Of a stretch of 20,000 nucleotides of DNA, positions 14,906 to 20,000 are shown in pieces. The notes beneath the pieces were generated by a model that was not told the DNA's origin, did no database searches, and was given only the letters and a program-made list of their open reading frames with translations. Location: the IMG/VR virus record IMGVR_UViG_3300021375_000026, one strand, 5' to 3'. How positions within the stretch are numbered: position 1 is the stretch's first letter; every line of letters begins with the position of its first letter. Source of the stretch: an uncultured virus (IMG/VR IMGVR_UViG_3300021375_000026). Its lineage: Duplodnaviria; Heunggongvirae; Uroviricota; Caudoviricetes. Made by a program: the position numbers and the translations under genes.

Positions 14906-14924
14906 ACAAAACACAGTTTTTGTT

Positions 14925-15803
14925 ATGGTAACATGGGCTACTAAGTATCGACCTACCACATTCGATGAGATGGTTGCTAATAATAATTTTTCTTCTTCTA
15001 AACAACACCTTCTATTACATAGTAAGGCGGCAGGTGTAGGTAAAACCACTTACGCTCACGTTATCGCTAACCATTTCGACTACCCCCTACATATATTCAA
15101 TGCTTCCTCTAAGAAAACTAGAGGCATAGCATTTGTTGAAGAAGAGTTATTGCCCTTGACACGTTCCGGCAATTATAATCAATACATACTACTAGACGAA
15201 GCAGACCAATTAACACCCGAAGCACAGGGTGCTTTGAAAGGTGTGATAGAAAACGCACAGGGTCTTTTCATTCTTACCTGTAATAATATCGAAAAAATAA
15301 GTCCTTACTTACGTTCAAGGTGTAGGGAAATGCCTTTTAGACCGATAGAGATAGATGAGATATTCAAGAGACTACAACACATTGTTGTAGCCGAGAATGT
15401 GGTTATAACAGACGCACATCTTCGTATGATTTGTGAAGCACATAGTGGTGATTTGAGAAATGCTATCAATGCTTTACAGGCTTACGACTCTTTAGGTGAA
15501 GAGAAAGGTAAAGCATTCGTACATAGTTTAACGGTAAAAGAGTTTGATAGTAAGTTTCTGTTGACTCTATGTTTCCGTGAGAAAGATTTCACAAATGCTA
15601 TGAAGTTGTTCGGTAAGAATGATGTAAAGCAAACCATAAGAAGCGTATTTGATTACGCAATAGAGTCCGATGCTAGTAGCAACGGCAAGATGACAGTCAT
15701 TGATGCGGCTATAACAGCCGAGAGGGATTTGATGAGTGGGATTGATGAAGATATTGTCAAGGGTAATTTCTTGAGGATGTTGATGCAACCGCATTCTTTA
15801 TAA
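14925..15803 (+). CDS. rfcS: Replication factor C small subunit (clamp loader)
   Basis: WATKYRP, GVGKTT, FNAS, LLDEAD.LT..AQ.AL, FILTCN, LRSRC and GDLRNAINALQ. Confidence 0.93.
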   Translation: MVTWATKYRPTTFDEMVANNNFSSSKQHLLLHSKAAGVGKTTYAHVIANHFDYPLHIFNASSKKTRGIAFVEEELLPLTRSGNYNQYILLDEADQLTPEAQGALKGVIENAQGLFILTCNNIEKISPYLRSRCREMPFRPIEIDEIFKRLQHIVVAENVVITDAHLRMICEAHSGDLRNAINALQAYDSLGEEKGKAFVHSLTVKEFDSKFLLTLCFREKDFTNAMKLFGKNDVKQTIRSVFDYAIESDASSNGKMTVIDAAITAERDLMSGIDEDIVKGNFLRMLMQPHSL

Positions 15804-15805
15804 CC
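15797..15805 (+). promoter_or_regulatory. TTTATAACC promoter of the SSB-groES-groEL unit
   Basis: Overlaps the RFC stop codon; GAGGT SD before ATG15844. Confidence 0.65.
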
Positions 15806-15843
15806 GTATTAGTGGCGAGAGAAAAATAACTGAGGTACACAAA

Positions 15844-17013
15844 ATGACTAACCCGATGCTAGAAAATATTGCTAAAACGCTGAATGTCGCACCCGAAGCG
15901 GTGCAAAAGAGGGCTGATGAAGTCCTTGTAGAACAGGGTGCTGCGTGGAAAAACGCAGGCCGTTCTGATGAAGATTGTGCAGTACTTGCACTAAGAGTCG
16001 CAGGGCGACAAATCTCTTCTGAATCTGCTAAACTACGAAGAACCGGCTCAGACATCTTTGAAGGTATGTTCATTTCTGTTCCTCGACCTAAAGAATGGGG
16101 TAAAATACTATACAATAAGATGAAGAATCAACTTATGTCTGCTACCGATGATGTGCGTCAAGTACTGATTGATAGTGGGGCTGTTGTTGTCTTTGAAGAT
16201 AATAATGACGGTACATACACAAGACTAGCGGCAGAAATGTTCGGTATGGGTACTGAATCTGATACTTCTACTCTACCAAAACACACAATGAGACTAGATG
16301 GTAACACACACTTCTATGTAGTATGGGATAAGAACAACCCAACATTCCCATCCGGTGATGCTAACTTCAAGTACGGTGCGGCTCGACCTCAAGATGAGAG
16401 AGAAAGAACATCATTATTCTATGGTCGAAAACAAGGTACTAATGATTCCTTAAAAATACTTAAAGTAAGTGGTAACGGTGCTGCTGCTGATAGACAATAC
16501 CCATCTTTTACACCATTAACTATCCCTATGAAGGGTGGTAACAATGATAGATGCTACCTAAACGCAGACGTTTCAGTACCTACTGTTGATGCTTCTTTGG
16601 CTAACCTTTTCGATGGTTCGCCTACTGACATTATCGGTGGTTTGATTGGTGAAGAGAATCTATTAGTAGGTTTGTCTCACTTAGGTACATACTACGACAC
16701 ATACAACGGTAAAGACGGTTGGTGGGATAGAAATTGTGCTGTAATTACAGAAGTAATACACATAGACCCAAGAGACAACGGTGGATATATTTTAGTTTGT
16801 GCTGATACCGATATGACTTCTATGGCAGGTACAGTTGATGTATATTGTGATGAAGAAATTGACTTTGCAGTAGGAACAAAGATGCTACTACTAGGTGGGG
16901 CTTGGAGAAGTAGAGAAGGTGAAGATAGACTATCAGTTAATGGTTGGTATGCTTTCGACATCATCCCTCAGATGGTTGAGCCTGTCGTGGAAAACGACGG
17001 GTGGGAACAATGA
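15844..17013 (+). CDS. Putative OB-fold ssDNA-binding protein (RPA-like)
   Basis: Helical N-terminus, a beta-rich C-terminal OB-like segment (ITEVIHID..GGYILVCAD..VDVY..F.VGT..LLLG) and an acidic/aromatic tail, in a replication context. Confidence 0.55.
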   Translation: MTNPMLENIAKTLNVAPEAVQKRADEVLVEQGAAWKNAGRSDEDCAVLALRVAGRQISSESAKLRRTGSDIFEGMFISVPRPKEWGKILYNKMKNQLMSATDDVRQVLIDSGAVVVFEDNNDGTYTRLAAEMFGMGTESDTSTLPKHTMRLDGNTHFYVVWDKNNPTFPSGDANFKYGAARPQDERERTSLFYGRKQGTNDSLKILKVSGNGAAADRQYPSFTPLTIPMKGGNNDRCYLNADVSVPTVDASLANLFDGSPTDIIGGLIGEENLLVGLSHLGTYYDTYNGKDGWWDRNCAVITEVIHIDPRDNGGYILVCADTDMTSMAGTVDVYCDEEIDFAVGTKMLLLGGAWRSREGEDRLSVNGWYAFDIIPQMVEPVVENDGWEQ

Positions 17014-17300
17014 AGGCCGTAGGAGAATACGTTATCCTAAAGATGGCTGAAACAATCAGTACATCGGGTCTTATTACCGCAAAAGAATATGTTGTTGATA
17101 GTATTGGTTCTCTCGTACCCCTAGAAATAGGGTGCGGAGACACCGTACTATTCAATGGTGATAAGATACAAATGACATTGGATGACGGTAGGGTTTGTGT
17201 ACATTATTCTGACCTTTTAGCATTTGACGGTGAAGAAGTACCGTACTACATAGGTGGAGAAGAATACTACGACCAAGATTTACATGACGATTTTATATGA
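17010..17300 (+). CDS. groES: Co-chaperonin GroES/Cpn10-like protein
   Basis: Start revised to ATG17010 (ATGA overlap). MKAVGEYVILK, TSGLI, SIG and GDTVLF; directly upstream of groEL. Confidence 0.8.
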   Translation: MKAVGEYVILKMAETISTSGLITAKEYVVDSIGSLVPLEIGCGDTVLFNGDKIQMTLDDGRVCVHYSDLLAFDGEEVPYYIGGEEYYDQDLHDDFI

Positions 17301-17309
17301 GGTATTTTT

Positions 17310-18854
17310 ATGGAAACAATATTAACAGGAATGGAAGCAAAGAGTAAATTACTCAAAGGTGTGAACAAGGTTGCTAACGCAGTCAAGGGTACTTTAGGGG
17401 TAAATGCAAGAACGGTTATTATACAGAATCCTGCGGGTATGCCCGTCATTCTTAATGACGGTGTTACTGTTGCTAGGGCTATCAATGATGCAGACCCTTA
17501 CGTGCAAATGGGTATAGACTTACTTAAAGAAGTCGCTAGCGAAGCACAGGAGAAGTCGGGAGACGGTACTACTACTGCTACACTTATAGCACAGGCTTTG
17601 TGTAATGGTTCTCTTACCTTAATAGAACAAGGTGTAAGTCCTATTGTTATAAGAGATGCTTTGGGTTATTACTTAGAAGAAACAATAGATTATCTTAACG
17701 ACATCAAGACTGATGATTTCTCTATCGAAGATGTGGCTACTATTGCTGCTAACAATGACCCTGTATTGGGTAAAATGATAGCAGACGTTATCAATAAGAC
17801 AGGCAGTAAGGGTACTATTACGATAGAAAAAAGCCCTACCTTTGAAACATACACAGAAGATGTGCAGGGGTTAGAGGTTCTTTCGGGCTACGCACATAAT
17901 GTTATGATAAACAGTCCGAAGGCTAGGTGTATCTTAGATAATCCTATGGTTATAGTAACAACCGAAAGGATTGAGACGTTCAATGCTTTGATACCTGCTT
18001 TAGAGTTAGCAGTCAAAGACAACAAACCTATTGCTATATTTTGTACCGACTTTAATCATCAAGCGTTACAGAATCTTTTAGTCAACATAGCACAGGGTAA
18101 GATAAGTGCATTATTAGTTAAGCCATCGGGTATGCCGGATGAACAACAGGCATGGTTAGAGGATATAGCGTTGGTTACAAAGAGTAATTTGTTTAAGACT
18201 TCTCTAGGTGAATCTATCACTAAACTAACTTCATTTGATGTAGGCTCATGTGATAAAATACAGGCTTCTGCTTTGACTACTATAATTACAGCGAGTGGAG
18301 AATCGTCTGATGAATTAAACGAACACCTAGATTCTTTGGCTTCTTATGAAGAAGAAGCGACTAATGATTGGATGCAACAATATTATAACAATCGTATATC
18401 AAGATTGACTAATGGTATATCTAAGATATATGTAGGCGGTAAATCTGAGGTTGAACAATTAGAAAGAAAAGAACGTGTAGATGATGCAGTTAACGCTTGT
18501 CGTTTGGCTATGAATGGTGGTGTGGTAGCAGGTGGCGGTTCAGCACTATATTTCGCAAGAATGAAAATATCACAACATCCCGAAGATGTTGATTTCCATA
18601 TCAAAAAGTTATTTAATCTTGGCTTGTCAGCGCCCATAACTACAATAATACAAAACGCAGGTAATGATACGGGCGAGATACCTATACATACATACAAACA
18701 ATATATTTGCGGTAAAACTACTGATGTTAGAAACGCATTTGATGATGGCGTTATTGACCCCGCACAAGTAACAATTAACAGTTTAGAATCTGCGGTTAGT
18801 GTGGCGGCATTACTTCTTATGACTGATGCAGCGATACTTACTGAAAGTTTATAA
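17310..18854 (+). CDS. groEL: Group I chaperonin GroEL/Cpn60
   Basis: NDGVTVA, GDGTTTAT, IAANND, VGGKSEVE..ERKERVDDA, GVVAGGG and GVIDP; GAGGT SD. Confidence 0.95.
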   Translation: METILTGMEAKSKLLKGVNKVANAVKGTLGVNARTVIIQNPAGMPVILNDGVTVARAINDADPYVQMGIDLLKEVASEAQEKSGDGTTTATLIAQALCNGSLTLIEQGVSPIVIRDALGYYLEETIDYLNDIKTDDFSIEDVATIAANNDPVLGKMIADVINKTGSKGTITIEKSPTFETYTEDVQGLEVLSGYAHNVMINSPKARCILDNPMVIVTTERIETFNALIPALELAVKDNKPIAIFCTDFNHQALQNLLVNIAQGKISALLVKPSGMPDEQQAWLEDIALVTKSNLFKTSLGESITKLTSFDVGSCDKIQASALTTIITASGESSDELNEHLDSLASYEEEATNDWMQQYYNNRISRLTNGISKIYVGGKSEVEQLERKERVDDAVNACRLAMNGGVVAGGGSALYFARMKISQHPEDVDFHIKKLFNLGLSAPITTIIQNAGNDTGEIPIHTYKQYICGKTTDVRNAFDDGVIDPAQVTINSLESAVSVAALLLMTDAAILTESL

Positions 18855-18859
18855 CCCTA
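18848..18859 (+). promoter_or_regulatory. TTTATAACCCTA promoter of the ATPase gene
   Basis: Starts 30 nt before ATG18878 and overlaps the groEL stop codon. Confidence 0.7.
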
Positions 18860-18877
18860 GTAATGAGAGGAATATAT

Positions 18878-19822
18878 ATGAGCGCATGGGGAACACAAGC
18901 AACACCTACGACTAAACAAAAGACTGCCGAACCTGTAAATCGGTTCGATGAGAGTTACTACAAAAACCTCTTCGAGAACAATACTATCAAGGCTATTACT
19001 CACAGGGCTGCCTTTGTAGGCCATGAGAATACTGCTAAGACAGGGTTGGCTTTATCATGCTTGAGAAATGAAATAGAAGCAGGTAAGACAATCTATATCT
19101 TTGACATAGATAACTCCGCTAAGTCTACGGTAGACCATGTGTTTCCCGACGCTGATAATATAGTAGTGTTACCACTACACGATGAAACAGATGACTCTAT
19201 CTTCGATGAGGATAACAACGTAGACTACAAGGCTCTACTTGACAAGACATCTTGGTACGTTAACATTCTAGCCGAGAAGGTAAAGAATGACCCCGAATCA
19301 GTAGGTGGTGTAATCTTTGATGGTGGTTCGACATTCCTAAAATGGTGTGAACACGCTATGAGAGCGTCATTACTAAGTCGCGGTGTCATTGAGACAGAAG
19401 ATGGTACATTCAATCAGAAAGAATGGAGAGAGCGTAACCGTCTATACAGAAATGTTTTGACACGTTTACACAGTCTTAATGTTGCTAAGGTTTACTTTAC
19501 CTTTCACTTAAAAGCAGTATCACAATTCATGGATGACGGCACAGGTAAGAAAGTACTAATGACTGTTGGTTTCAGACCGGAATGGGAGAAAGGTACTATG
19601 AGAAAGTTTTCTCAACAAGTATTCCTAAACCGATACATGAAGAAAGCAGACCCCGCAGCAGGTGTTGAAGGTGATAGAACCTTAGCCGATGGTGAGTGGG
19701 TTGTACGTGCTACTATTGAAGAAATGAAAGGTAGCAACATAGAAAAGGTTGGTACTAAACACGATATACTCAAAGTATCTAATGGCAACGTAGAGTGGTT
19801 CGGCCTACCTTTCATGGAGTGA
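18878..19822 (+). CDS. RecA-superfamily / AAA_24 (Sak4-like) P-loop ATPase
   Basis: Start revised to 18878. GHENTAKT (Walker A variant), IFDID, VIFDGGS (Walker B), W..RN and FTFH. Confidence 0.7.
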   Translation: MSAWGTQATPTTKQKTAEPVNRFDESYYKNLFENNTIKAITHRAAFVGHENTAKTGLALSCLRNEIEAGKTIYIFDIDNSAKSTVDHVFPDADNIVVLPLHDETDDSIFDEDNNVDYKALLDKTSWYVNILAEKVKNDPESVGGVIFDGGSTFLKWCEHAMRASLLSRGVIETEDGTFNQKEWRERNRLYRNVLTRLHSLNVAKVYFTFHLKAVSQFMDDGTGKKVLMTVGFRPEWEKGTMRKFSQQVFLNRYMKKADPAAGVEGDRTLADGEWVVRATIEEMKGSNIEKVGTKHDILKVSNGNVEWFGLPFME

Positions 19823-19826
19823 TTAC

Positions 19827-20000
19827 ATGATTACTGTTGATAGTAACTCATTAACATGGTTACTAACTTTGTCTCAAAGGAAACAGAATGTTTCCGGTAA
19901 AGTAACTCCACAGGTTCATTCTCTAATGATGAGAGCAGTAGGTAGTAGACTTACTGCCTGCTCTCTTGTCAAAGATGGGTTGTCGTCATTGACATTATTA
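19827..20000 (+). CDS. Probable DNA sliding clamp N-terminus (runs off the window; not in the ORF track)
   Basis: MITVDSNSLTWLLTLSQRKQNVSGKVTPQVHSLMMRAVGSRLTACSLVKDG has a beta-alpha-beta-beta pattern like a clamp; GGAGTGA SD; RFC gene nearby. Confidence 0.45.
   Translation, partial: MITVDSNSLTWLLTLSQRKQNVSGKVTPQVHSLMMRAVGSRLTACSLVKDGLSSLTLL

Noticed and set aside
18493..18499. ACGCTTG inside groEL
   Set aside because: Encodes N-A-C in a conserved protein region and has no TATA at the fixed spacing.
17310..18854. groES-groEL as evidence of a bacterial chromosome
   Set aside because: The surrounding genes and signals are viral and archaeal (RFC, MCM-like, TATA, GAGGTGA SD, many tiny ORFans), and no housekeeping context is present.
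75..19815. All minus-strand ORFs in the supplied track
   Set aside because: They shadow better-supported + strand genes, show no recognisable motifs, and have the Ser/Ile/Phe-rich composition expected of antisense frames.

Overview
AT-rich, gene-dense segment with every credible gene on the + strand. It is best read as part of a tailed dsDNA virus of a euryarchaeal host, resembling Magroviruses of Marine Group II/Poseidoniales; this host assignment is an inference. Supporting signs are archaeal TATA promoters about 30 nt before ATGs, GAGGTGA/GGAGTGA Shine-Dalgarno motifs, an RFC clamp loader, an MCM-like ATPase and a viral GroES-GroEL pair. The left part (1-8497) is an accessory or early region of small, translationally coupled ORFs, including DUF932, a DenV-like glycosylase, a MazG-like protein, Zn-finger microproteins and winged-helix proteins. 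An AT-rich 115-bp imperfect palindrome at 8528-8642 is a candidate replication origin. The right part (8716-20000) is a replication and chaperone module: PAC2-like protein, MCM-like helicase, PAPS-reductase-like protein, RFC, OB-fold SSB, GroES, GroEL, a RecA/AAA_24-like ATPase and the start of a probable sliding clamp. The most notable unexplained structure is nine copies of ACGCTTG(CG) placed exactly 18-19 nt upstream of a TATA box, alongside five related winged-helix proteins and a second TTTATAACC promoter class. Together these suggest a virus-encoded transcription programme. All family assignments come from motif recognition by eye, not database searches.
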